The position numbers and the translations under genes were made by a program. A DNA stretch of 64,000 bases from Hyaloraphidium curvatum SAG 235-1 (lineage: Eukaryota > Fungi > Monoblepharomycota), in assembly GCA_025558095.1 (NCBI GenBank), contig JAIVFI010000043.1:372001-436000 (forward strand), written 5' to 3'. This document shows positions 1 to 9,082 of this stretch, one piece after another. Below the pieces are notes generated by a model. That model saw only the letters and a program-made list of their open reading frames with translations. It was not told the DNA's origin and did no database searches. Within the stretch, counting starts at the first letter, position 1, and each line of letters opens with the position of its first letter.

Positions 1-2553
1 TCCAAGCGCTTCGTCTTGTTCACGGATGCCAGCGATATCGGCCTCGGCGCGGTGCTCAGCCAGCGGGACTCCGATGGCAAGGAGTACGTCATCGCCTACG
101 CCAGCCGCGCTCTGCAGCCGAACGAGCGCAAGTGGGACACTCGGGAGCGCGAAGCCCTGGCCGTTGTTTGGGCATGCGAGCATTTCCGGGCGTATTTGAT
201 CGGGGACGAGTTTGAGGTGGTCACCGACCATAGCGCCCTCAAATGGCTCTTGGAGACCTCCAAGCCGGGCCGCCTACAGCGCTGGATCCTCCGGCTCTCG
301 GACTTCAGGTTCCAGATCATCCATCGCTCGGGCAAAGCGAACTCCAACGCCGACTTCCTGTCTCGTCAGCTCGTGGCGCCGTCGCCCGACGAGGACGTGC
401 CTATGGGCGACCCCGAGGAAATCTTGGACATCCCTGCCTTTTGGCCCCCAAACCCTCCCGACCCCTTGCCTTTTTCTTCTTTTTCTGGGGGGGGACGGGC
501 GCCCGGATTCCTCTCCGGGAGTGATCTCGGTCAGACTTCCCGTTCTTCGTCAACCCCAGTCACCGAGTCAGACTCGGGACGAGCTACTGCGGGTTCCTCA
601 GTCAATTGTGAATCAATGGAGCGAGTGCTGTCTGGCACGGAGTTCCCGGCCACGGTTGCCGCAGTGGAGGGAACCCTGTGGAGCGATCCGGGGACCCTGC
701 CCGAGGCTGCGGCACCGGAGACGCAGATCCTCCTGCCGATCCCAACGACGAACGCACAGGTCGACCCGGCAGACGTGCCTGAGCGAGACCTGGCGTTCCT
801 TCATCCGGCACTGCTTGAGGTGCTACCCGATGTCGGGGGCATCAGTGCTATTGACCTTGCCGACGTCAGATCCCGGGATGCCCTGCGCAAAGTGCAAGAA
901 GCCGACGTCGAGACCAGCGCGCTGATCCGCTTCGTACGAGACGGGGAGCTCCCTCCCAACGTGAATCTGGCCAAATTCTGCAAGAAGTACGGCGAGCAGT
1001 ACTTCCTCGCTACGGACGGCGTGCTCTGCCGGCGCGATGTACTCGCGACTGGTACCCGTCGTATCCCGGTCACCCAGCTCGTGATACCGCACGAGCTGAG
1101 GGAGGCCTACCTGCAACGTGCGCACGACGATCCCCTGAGCGGGCACGTCGGGCGACACCGGGCGTACAGCAATCTGCGGCGCCGCGTATATTGGGTCGGC
1201 ATGGCGCACGACGTTCGCCGCTGGACGCGAGCCTGCCTTACATGCATGACCCGGAAGATGCCTTCGGTATCGAACCAGGGCTTACTGAAATCGGTTCCTC
1301 TCACAGGTCCCAACGAGGACATCTACATCGACTACATCGGCGAGATCAATCCGGCCACGCCCCGCGGCAACAAGTACCTTCTCGTCGTCTACGATCCGTT
1401 CACTAAATGGGTCGCGGCGTATCCGACTCCGGACCTCTCTGGGCCGACGACGGCGAAGCTGCTCTATACGCGATGGATTCTCGAGCACGGTCTTCCGAAG
1501 CGGATTCACCACGACAACGCCTCGAACCTGGACAACCATTACATGGAGTACCTGCTCAAGCTACTCGGCATCAACCGGGGCCTGGTCACGGTTGGGCATC
1601 CCAGGGCTTCCCTCGCGGAGCGCCCGAACCGGTGGATCATCGACGCCCTGAGCGCAGCGGTCTCCAAGAACTACCAGACATGGGACGAGGACATCGTGGG
1701 GGTCATCTTTGCCTTCCGGACCTCCATCCACGCGACGACCGGCGAAACTCCGTTCTTTCTGATGCATGGTCGGGATGCTCGTATTCCGCTCGACCTACTT
1801 TACGACGAGACCGAGATTCGCGAGCCAGTGCACCTGCGGGCCAGCGACGAGGAGGACAAGAAGACAGAGGATGAGCGCCGGCGGACCTACGTCGTGGAGC
1901 TCGTGGCGCAGCTTCGTGCGGCCTACGACCTGGTGGCCGAGAAGATGGCCGCAGCGGCGGAGACTCGGAACGCCAAGGCCAACGCTACCCGGCTTCCGAT
2001 TACCTTCCGCCCCGGCGACCTCGTGCTCATCTGGGGACCAGAACGACCGCGCAAGGGCGAGCCGGGCAAGTTCGTCTCTCGTTATCTTGGGCCCTACCGC
2101 ATCGAGGAGTCAGGCCACACCGAGCTCACCTGGAAGTGTAGACACGTCTACGAGACCGACCACGTCACCACTGTGCATGTGGACCGGCTGGCGCGCTACA
2201 AGCCTTGGGAGTCGGCCACCTTCAACGCGCGCTCGTGGAACGCACGCGCCCCGGAGCTCGCCGCCGGTGAAGAGCTCGATCTCTCGGAACCGGTGAACGA
2301 GTTCGAAGAGGAAATCGAGGTCGAGAACGCGCTTGGGAACGAGCAGGAGTACACCGTCGAGGACATCGTCGGCCACGAGGGCCAGGGTCACGGACTCAAG
2401 TTCGAGGTCAAGTGGCGGGGCTTCGCTCGCACGACCAAGCTCCCTCTGGACATGTTGCACGGCGCCATAGGGATCGTCCGCGCCTATGCCGATCGCGTTG
2501 GTCTCCAGCTCCCGACGGGTCTCCCCAGGCGCATGCGGACTCGGCGTCGCTAG
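1..2553 (+). CDS. pol: pol polyprotein, partial: RNase H, HHCC zinc finger, rve integrase, GPY/F motif, chromodomain
   Basis: TDASDIGLGAVL and EREALAV..TDH (RNase H); HDDPLSGH...CLTC; IDY..D, HDN, ERPNR (DDE); YLGPYRI; EYTVEDIVGH..FEVKWRGF chromodomain; uninterrupted ORF. Confidence 0.96.
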   Translation, partial: SKRFVLFTDASDIGLGAVLSQRDSDGKEYVIAYASRALQPNERKWDTREREALAVVWACEHFRAYLIGDEFEVVTDHSALKWLLETSKPGRLQRWILRLSDFRFQIIHRSGKANSNADFLSRQLVAPSPDEDVPMGDPEEILDIPAFWPPNPPDPLPFSSFSGGGRAPGFLSGSDLGQTSRSSSTPVTESDSGRATAGSSVNCESMERVLSGTEFPATVAAVEGTLWSDPGTLPEAAAPETQILLPIPTTNAQVDPADVPERDLAFLHPALLEVLPDVGGISAIDLADVRSRDALRKVQEADVETSALIRFVRDGELPPNVNLAKFCKKYGEQYFLATDGVLCRRDVLATGTRRIPVTQLVIPHELREAYLQRAHDDPLSGHVGRHRAYSNLRRRVYWVGMAHDVRRWTRACLTCMTRKMPSVSNQGLLKSVPLTGPNEDIYIDYIGEINPATPRGNKYLLVVYDPFTKWVAAYPTPDLSGPTTAKLLYTRWILEHGLPKRIHHDNASNLDNHYMEYLLKLLGINRGLVTVGHPRASLAERPNRWIIDALSAAVSKNYQTWDEDIVGVIFAFRTSIHATTGETPFFLMHGRDARIPLDLLYDETEIREPVHLRASDEEDKKTEDERRRTYVVELVAQLRAAYDLVAEKMAAAAETRNAKANATRLPITFRPGDLVLIWGPERPRKGEPGKFVSRYLGPYRIEESGHTELTWKCRHVYETDHVTTVHVDRLARYKPWESATFNARSWNARAPELAAGEELDLSEPVNEFEEEIEVENALGNEQEYTVEDIVGHEGQGHGLKFEVKWRGFARTTKLPLDMLHGAIGIVRAYADRVGLQLPTGLPRRMRTRRR

Positions 2554-2623
2554 TAACACCAACGACGTCTATCCGGTCACAGCACTACCATCTCTGTGCT
2601 CCGATCCCCGGCTTTTCACTGAC

Positions 2624-3609
2624 TCAAACCCGACGTACTACCTCGAGCCTATCCTCGACCCCCTCGAACGCCAACTTGTGATACCCGGACTGAAAATGCG
2701 TGTTCAGATTGCCCAGGAGGCCCTTAGCCTTGTGCTTTACCAGATGGCACCACGGGAACGAGCATACCGCCACTTCGCCCTTGGTGGGGCTCCGGTACAG
2801 TTCGCCGGCGTACGTTCCGGCAATCTTCCATCGGAGGAAGGAGCCTGCCGGCACGGCATCAGGGACCTTCTTCGTCACCCGTTCCGCCTTCAAGCCCCAG
2901 ACCGGCGACGACTTCTTCATCTGGCACATTCAGTGACGATCAGCGCTTGTGGGGCGTACTCCCGTCGAGCCGTTCACCTGCGCAATCTGCTCCCGGGCCT
3001 CCCCGCGCTGCACCACATGCCCCTCGTCTTTACCTGAAGTTGCCGTTTGGGCCGTCTGGAAGGCGCTCCCTTGTTCAGTGGCGGCCTCGAAGTCGCCTAA
3101 GTGGTCCAGCTCCCAAGAGGGCGCATGAAGCGTGACTGACAGCACGGGGACTTCGTCGGCCGCCTCGAGCTCCTCCCTCGAGTCCGCCGCCGACTCGCCC
3201 TCGCCGACGGAAGGCGCACCCTTCGACGACATCGCCGGCAGGAAGACGCCGGAGGTCCGGGTTGCGGCCGCGGCCGCGATCGGGTCGTTGCCTCTGGCCC
3301 CGCCAGCCTCGCGCAGCTTGGCGGTCCCGCCGGCCTCGCGCAGCTCGGCGACGAGCCGACGGAGCACTCGGACCTCGACAACGACGTTCCCAGCCTCTTC
3401 GGCCAGCGGCAACATCCCGCGCATGGCGGCCAGACGCACCAGTTGCAGGAAGCAGTCGACCACGTCGTCCTCCTGGCGCGGCGCTGAGCTCCCGTTCGAG
3501 GACCACGCCGCTACGCTCTTACCTTGGTGCACAGCAGGACGTCGAAGGTCGGCAACCGAACCTCGAACCACGAACTCGGCGGGACGACGTTCGGCAGCTC
3601 CGCACTCAT
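2624..3609 (-). CDS. Antisense spliced accessory gene of the retrotransposon (~292 aa) with a C-terminal C2H2 zinc finger
   Basis: ATG 3609; exons 3609-3523, 3472-2978, 2920-2624; introns AAG|GTAAGA...GCCAG (50 nt) and CAG|GTGAAC...CTGAT...GCCAG (57 nt), both phase 0, join three track ORFs in frame; C-x4-C-x16-H-x5-H at 2764-2678. Confidence 0.7.
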
Positions 3610-3749
3610 GACAGGCGCGGAGATCCCCCCAGCTCTTCTGGACCCTACGTCGCGATCCCCCGCGAGCGCTTTCGTCGACGCAATGGCGTACGGCCCTCGC
3701 TCGCGCCCCGTCCCCCGTGGCGGGGACTGGTGACCCGGTGTGCGGGCGA

Positions 3750-3886
3750 ACTCGCGGTCGACTCGACTCGCAGTTGACTCGCGGTTGACTCGCGGTTGGC
3801 TCGCGGTTGACTCGCAAGTGACTCGCGAGTCACTCGCGAGTCGCTCGCAAGTCACTCGCGAGCGACTTGCGATGCACTCGCGAGTT
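3750..3886. repeat. Internal tandem array of ~12 x 11-bp units, consensus ACTCGCG(A/G)(G/T)T(G/C), palindromic core ACTCGCGAGT
   Basis: Directly visible: actcgcggttg, actcgcaagtg, actcgcgagtc...; CATATAAG at 3902-3909 just downstream. Confidence 0.95.
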
Positions 3887-3977
3887 GCCTGCGCTTCGCA
3901 CCATATAAGCGGCGGACCACAGGAGGCCGCGGCCGCGGACTACGCACCCAACGTCGACCTCGCCGCTACCGTCTCCC

Positions 3978-5243
3978 ATGGCGACCCCCACGACTGCCGG
4001 CCACAACCTGCGGCCCCGCCGGCCGCATGTGGCCACGGCGCCGCCGCCGGCGACTGCGCCCGTCGCTGCGTTGCCTGGCGTCGTACCCCCGGACTATCGG
4101 TCGGCGCTTGCCTCCCTCTCGACCCGGCTGGACGACCTCCGGGCCGACCTCGACGTCAGACACTCCCAGACGACGGCCCACTTGCACAAGGTCGAGCAGG
4201 CCGCCTTCTCCGCGGTCATGCCCATCCGCGCAGCCCTCGACGCACTCCACCCGGTGCTCAACACCCTCGTCAATGTCGGCAACCTGGAGCAGCACGCTCT
4301 TGACCGCGTAACGGCGACGCTCGAGCAGCAAGAGGCCCGCCTGGACGCCCAGATCCGCCAGCAGCGTGACGAGCTCCAGGTGGTCCTCAGTGGCCGCCAC
4401 CGCGAACTTGAGTTCGCCGTCACCGCCTTGCGCCGGACCGACGACGCTCGTCTCGGTGCCATCGAGACGCAGCTCGACCGGCTTGCGTTGGTGCTCGAGG
4501 CTCAACGTCAGAACTTCAACGGCATTCTCCTGGTGGACGAAGCTACCATCGAGGAGTTGAGGGAGTTCGGCTCTTCCCTCGCCGGGCTGGTTGCTCAGAC
4601 CGGGACCAACCTCGAAACCACCATCGAGACCGTCGTCGAGACCAATCTCGCCCGTCACAACAATGGCCCCATGGCGGAGTTTGCGGCCGACCTCAAGAGC
4701 GTCCTGGCGGCCCATCTGCAGCGATTTGGGTCGGAGCAGCACAAGCAGCTCATGCTTTCAGCTCAAGACCACACCACGCTCCTCACGGCCGGCCTGAACG
4801 CGCAGCGCGAGCACTTCACCAAGACCGCCGACGAGCAACGGGCCCTCCTGCGTCGCTTCCTCGGCAATCAAGTGGCTCCCCTGGCGGGGCAAACGACGCC
4901 CGCCGTGGTCACCTCCACGCCGGTCGGCCGCGTCAAGGACGAGGACCTCGTCACCTCCGACGATGAGGCTGGGGATATGCAACCTCCAGCTCCTCGCCCC
5001 GAGAGCGTGTCCAGCAGCGACGCCTCCTCCATCGTCTCGCAGGACGACGGCCTCTTGGCCGCCCTGTACGACGACATCCCGGCCGCTCCCTACAAGTCGA
5101 CCATGCCCCCGGTCTACACCCCCTCGGCCGCGGACGGCTCAGCCGTGCATGCCGCCTTCGCTCTCGGCTTTACCCGCCGGCTCCGCGCCCCGCCGCCGAG
5201 CGACGACGAGGCGGACGCCGACGTCGACTTTGAGGACGCCTAA
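3978..5243 (+). CDS. Retrotransposon accessory sense ORF, 421 aa, long predicted coiled coil, acidic/Pro-rich C-terminus
   Basis: Intronless ATG-TAA ORF inside the element; L/Q/E heptad-like composition; no signal peptide or TM segment. Confidence 0.75.
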   Translation: MATPTTAGHNLRPRRPHVATAPPPATAPVAALPGVVPPDYRSALASLSTRLDDLRADLDVRHSQTTAHLHKVEQAAFSAVMPIRAALDALHPVLNTLVNVGNLEQHALDRVTATLEQQEARLDAQIRQQRDELQVVLSGRHRELEFAVTALRRTDDARLGAIETQLDRLALVLEAQRQNFNGILLVDEATIEELREFGSSLAGLVAQTGTNLETTIETVVETNLARHNNGPMAEFAADLKSVLAAHLQRFGSEQHKQLMLSAQDHTTLLTAGLNAQREHFTKTADEQRALLRRFLGNQVAPLAGQTTPAVVTSTPVGRVKDEDLVTSDDEAGDMQPPAPRPESVSSSDASSIVSQDDGLLAALYDDIPAAPYKSTMPPVYTPSAADGSAVHAAFALGFTRRLRAPPPSDDEADADVDFEDA

Positions 5244-5366
5244 GCCACCCTTCGGCCCTACACTCTCCAACATCTGTTGTCTCCACCTCGGCCTTCAACA
5301 TCTTCTACTGCAAGCATGACGTCACTCCGCGGAGGATCTTCGATTTCGTGGCGCCGAGGGCGGCGC

Positions 5367-5385
5367 CTTCTTTTGGGTGGGGGCG
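5367..5385 (+). promoter_or_regulatory. U-box plus polypurine tract (PPT)
   Basis: CTTCTTTTGGGTGGGGGCG immediately before the LTR-opening TG at 5386. Confidence 0.7.
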
Positions 5386-5861
5386 TGCGAAGGTACAGGA
5401 CGTCTGACATTCGGACAAGGGTATTTTCATTTTCGGTTCGGAGGCGTGGAGGCGTCGGTCCTCGCGATCGACTCGTGATCGACTCGCGATCGACTCGCGA
5501 GTGACTCGCGAGTCACTCGCGAGCGACTCGCGAGCGACTCGCAAGTGACTCGGCACAGCCACCCTCCTGGGATATATAAAGAGCGGGACATGTAACAGTA
5601 CAATCTTGATCGCCAGTTGACTCTACGTGCTCTCCGTGTCGTTCGACCACCGTGCGGAACCCCGCCCGGCCGGATCCTCGTTCTGAGAGCCCTTGGGACG
5701 CACCCCGGGAGACATCCCGTAACCTCTTTCCCCCGGCTACAGTCAAGTATCTTCAGCGCTGTTCGCTTATTCATATTCAGGGCCTATCCGACCCGAAGAG
5801 CCGAGCGGGATTCGCGCGCCGGGTTAGAGCTTCAGGCCCGGTTCCGACCCGGACCGTCGCA
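5386..5861 (+). repeat. 3' LTR (476 bp)
   Basis: Starts TGCGAAGGTAC, ends GGACCGTCGCA (9/11 inverted match); contains the 11-bp array and TATATAAA at 5573-5580; partner 5' LTR not in window. Confidence 0.75.
5460..5552. repeat. LTR U3 tandem array of ~8 x 11-bp ACTCGCGA(G/T)NN units
   Basis: Directly visible; same unit as 3750-3886; ends ~20 bp upstream of the TATA box. Confidence 0.95.
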
Positions 5862-6657
5862 CTTACTTGTACGCTTCCGGCTTTGCCTCCCGCTCCTGCA
5901 CGAGGCCGACTACCCTGGTCTTTCCTTGCCCTGCCGGCGGGGCTGCAAGCGATCGGCCATGTCGCTGACGGGGGAGCACGCGTTCTCGGGCTGCTATGGC
6001 CGGGATCTCTTCAGTCCTGGTCACGACGACATTTGCGCGGCCATCCGCGCGGCGCTTCGCTCCATCCCGCTCCTCCGCGTGCACCCCATGCCGCCAAACC
6101 TCCTTGCGCATGGCTACGAGACTGTCACCCCGCCCACGCCTGCGGATGCTGGCCGCCTTGGCGACGTTCTCATCACGCACCGCGAAACCCGGAAACGGTG
6201 GTTGCTCGAGATCAAGACCCTCACCTCTATGGCCCATTTGCACACGGGCCTGGTCTTCTCGGTCCCGGGCCACGCAGTCGGACGGCGGGTCGAGGCCGCC
6301 AGGAAGGACTACTCCCGTTTCGTCTTCAACGCCAACTTCTACCCTCTGATCGTGCTTGCTTTTGATTCGTACAGCGCTGTCTCTGCCACTTTCTCGCGCT
6401 TCTCCTCGGAGATGGGGCGCATCCAGTATCCCGGGATCGTCGGCCGCGATGGACAGCCCGTGGACCTCGATGGCCTTTACTCTCGTTTTGTGCGGCGCTT
6501 CCGCGAACGGATCGCGGTGGCCTGGGCTCTTGGCTTCGCGGCCCAACTCCAACACTGGCTTCAGCTGTGCACCGAAGCCGCCGCTGTCAACGCTCCGGCC
6601 CCCGCGCCGGTCGCATTTGGTTTGAATGTAGATGAGGAGCTGATTCTTGGGGCGTAG
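5862..6657 (+). mobile_element. 3' end of a CRE/R2-type non-LTR retrotransposon ORF (zinc knuckle plus restriction-like endonuclease), interrupted by the Gypsy element
   Basis: VRFRLCLP (RLGLP-like); CRRGC-x10-H-x4-C knuckle; GHDDI (RHD-like); RLGDVLI...LLEIKT (PD-(D/E)xK); ARKDY; FYPLIVLAFDSY. Confidence 0.7.
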
Positions 6658-6715
6658 GGGGATTTCTAAGTGTACGGTGGGATTGCTAGCTCCTCATTAC
6701 ACATTGCGCGCAGCA

Positions 6716-9082
6716 ATGGCGTCCGACGGCGAGCGGGGCCGCGATGGCGACCGGAAGGGCGAAAAGAAGGACAAGAAGCGGCGACGCTCGCGGTCGTCGA
6801 GCGGCTCGTCGGACTCGGACGCCGAGCGGCGACGGCGGAAGCGGAAGGAGAAGAAGGAGCGGCGGCGCGACCGCCACAAACACGCCGACGGGCAGCGCGG
6901 GGGCGGGGAGGAGCTCTGGGTCGAGAAGGCGCCGGCGGCGCCCGCAGCGGCGGGTGGTGCCCAGGCGGGGAGCCGGGAGGCCCCGAAGGAACCAGAGGAA
7001 CGCCCGACGGACACGGCCCCTGCGCCGGCTCGGCCCGCAGACGCCGGCTGGATGTCGTTTTCTGCTCCGAAACGGGACGACGATGCCGCCGAGGACGAAA
7101 ACACCGGGGCAGCAGCGGCGGTCGACTCGGGCCGACCGTCGGACCCATTCGCGGCCATGTTCGACGCCTCGACCACGCAGCGCAAGTCCAAGGCCGAGCT
7201 GCAGGAGGAAAAGCGCGCAGCCGAGGCGCGCCTGCGCGAGCCCGGCCGCTCGGACCGCGAGCTGAACCCGTACTGGAAGGACGGCGGCGACGGGCTTCCG
7301 TCCGACCAGCGGAAAAGGAAGCACGAGTACGGCGACGCCGGCTCCGCTTGGCGGATGCTGAAGCTGCGCAAGGCGAGGGAGATGGCTGAGGAGGAGGGGC
7401 GGAGCATCGAGGAGGTGGCGCTGGAGCGGTTCGGGTCGATGGAGGAGTACCTGGACGCCGTGGAGGAGCGGAAGTACCTCGACGCCCGCGGCAGGGGCTC
7501 GTCGGGCGGCCGCGACCGTGACAGGGACAGGGACCGCGATAGGGACGGGCGGCGAAGGGTGGAGGACCGCGACGTGGCCGGCCGCGCCGTGCTGGCCGCC
7601 CGGGGCGAGGCCTTCAGGCGGGCCGGCGACGACGGCGGGCGGTGGTCGCCCGCCCAGGGATCCCGCTCGGGCGGCACCCCGAGGACGGATACCCCGGGCT
7701 CGGACGCCGATCGTTGGCCCAACGACGGCACTTCCAAGCCCGCCGCGCCGACATCCGCCTCCCGCTACCCCCCCGTCTCCATCCCCTCCGCCATCCCCAC
7801 CCCGCCGCCCGGCACCCCGCCGCCCGGCCGCCCCGTGCTCACCACGGACCAGCTCAACAAGCTCCAGGCCCGCATCCTCAAGGCCCGCATCTCCAAGGAC
7901 CCCAACCTGCCCGCGCTGGAGCGCGAGTACGCCGAGGAGAAGCGCCGCGCCGCCGCGGCGCCCCCGGACGTCGTCGTGCTGCCCACCGTCGACTCGCGCG
8001 GCAGGCTGCAGGACCTCCCTTCTGGCTCCGCTTCGGGACCTCCGCGGTCTGCGGGACCGGCCAAGCGCGCCAAGCCGTGGGCCGCGGACAAGGCGCAGGG
8101 CGACGCCGAGGCCGACCCGTCCCGCGCGCCCGATCTTATGGAGCTGCTGCGGAGGGAGAAGATGGGCGTGGGGGAGGGGTACGACCGCGAGCTGGCGGAG
8201 CGGATCGCGCGGGACTCGGCGTTCCGGGACAACCTGGACTACATGGACGAGCAGTCGGACCGCATGGCCCGGCAGGTCGGGAGGTCGGACGACAAGAAGA
8301 GGCAGACGGCGGTGGACGACCACCGGAGGATGCAGACGGCGCTGGAGCGGTGCGCGTACTGCTACCAGGACGAGGGCAAGACGGCGCCCAAGGTGCCCGT
8401 GGTGTCGCTGGGGAACAGGACCTACCTGGGCCTGACGCAGACGGTGGAGATGGCCAAGGGGCACTGCGCGATTGTGCCGGTGCAGCACGTCAACAACTCG
8501 CTGGAGCTGGAGGACGACGCGTGGGAGGAAGTGAGGGTACGTCGCTCAAAGTGTTGTCTGGCCCGACTGCCGCTCATCCCTCCCCTCTTTCAGAACTTCA
8601 TGAAGTGCCTCACCCAGCTCTACGCCACCTTCGACCCGCCCTGCTCCCCCATCTTCATCGAGTCCTTCGCCAACCCCAAGCACCGCCGGCACTGCGTCAT
8701 CGAGGCCATCCCGGTCCCGCAGGACCTCGCCGCCGACGCCCCCGCCTACTTCCGCGACGCCCTCCAGAGCGCCGAGGAGGAATGGACGGTGCACCGCAAG
8801 GTGATCGACACGCGCGAGGGCGGCATCCGCCGGCACATGGTCAAGGAACTGCCCTACTTCCACGTCTGGTTCGGGCCCAACGGCGGCTTCGGCCACGTGA
8901 TCGAGGACTCGGCGTCGTGGCCGGACTGGTTCGGCAAGGAGGTGGTCGCGGGGATGATGGACCTGCCGCCGGAGCTGTGGAGGAAGCCGCGGTGGGCGGA
9001 CCGCAGGGACGAGGCGGGGAGGCTGAAGAGGTTCAGGGAGGGGTGGGACGCGTTCGACTGGACCAAGGCGCTGGATGAGTGA
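6716..9082 (+). CDS. CWF19L2: CWF19-like protein 2 (CwfJ C1/C2 domains), spliceosome/lariat-associated
   Basis: LNPYWKDGGDGLP, GDAGSAWR, CAYC, GHCAIVP, HCVIEAIP, PYFHVWF, GFGHVIED; in-frame 57-nt intron 8537-8593. Confidence 0.92.
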   Translation: MASDGERGRDGDRKGEKKDKKRRRSRSSSGSSDSDAERRRRKRKEKKERRRDRHKHADGQRGGGEELWVEKAPAAPAAAGGAQAGSREAPKEPEERPTDTAPAPARPADAGWMSFSAPKRDDDAAEDENTGAAAAVDSGRPSDPFAAMFDASTTQRKSKAELQEEKRAAEARLREPGRSDRELNPYWKDGGDGLPSDQRKRKHEYGDAGSAWRMLKLRKAREMAEEEGRSIEEVALERFGSMEEYLDAVEERKYLDARGRGSSGGRDRDRDRDRDRDGRRRVEDRDVAGRAVLAARGEAFRRAGDDGGRWSPAQGSRSGGTPRTDTPGSDADRWPNDGTSKPAAPTSASRYPPVSIPSAIPTPPPGTPPPGRPVLTTDQLNKLQARILKARISKDPNLPALEREYAEEKRRAAAAPPDVVVLPTVDSRGRLQDLPSGSASGPPRSAGPAKRAKPWAADKAQGDAEADPSRAPDLMELLRREKMGVGEGYDRELAERIARDSAFRDNLDYMDEQSDRMARQVGRSDDKKRQTAVDDHRRMQTALERCAYCYQDEGKTAPKVPVVSLGNRTYLGLTQTVEMAKGHCAIVPVQHVNNSLELEDDAWEEVRVRRSKCCLARLPLIPPLFQNFMKCLTQLYATFDPPCSPIFIESFANPKHRRHCVIEAIPVPQDLAADAPAYFRDALQSAEEEWTVHRKVIDTREGGIRRHMVKELPYFHVWFGPNGGFGHVIEDSASWPDWFGKEVVAGMMDLPPELWRKPRWADRRDEAGRLKRFREGWDAFDWTKALDE

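Larger units (their letters stand above)
1..5861 (+). mobile_element. Ty3/Gypsy chromovirus LTR retrotransposon, 3' portion (5' part outside window)
   Basis: pol with RNaseH-integrase-chromodomain order; PPT at 5367-5385; LTR 5386-5861 bounded by TG...CA imperfect inverted termini. Confidence 0.9.

Noticed and set aside
2486-3611. Plus-strand ORFs 2486-3037 and 3132-3611 as genes
   Set aside because: Better explained as shadows of the spliced minus-strand gene; no motifs (not formally excluded)
3894-3900. CTTCGCA as the end of a 5' LTR of a small separate element
   Set aside because: Upstream sequence is not a direct repeat of 5386-5861 apart from the array, and no TGG primer-binding site follows
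3978-5243. env gene
   Set aside because: No signal peptide, TM anchor or Cys-rich ectodomain
3750-5552. 11-bp arrays as a CRISPR array
   Set aside because: Contiguous tandem units with no unique spacers, no cas genes, eukaryotic context
5579-5600. AAGAGCGGGACA-TGTAAC as PPT and LTR start
   Set aside because: It directly follows the TATA box, and 5386/5861 give matching inverted termini with a better PPT
5617-6657. 346-aa ORF as one native protein
   Set aside because: First ~80 codons are LTR sequence; chimeric read-through
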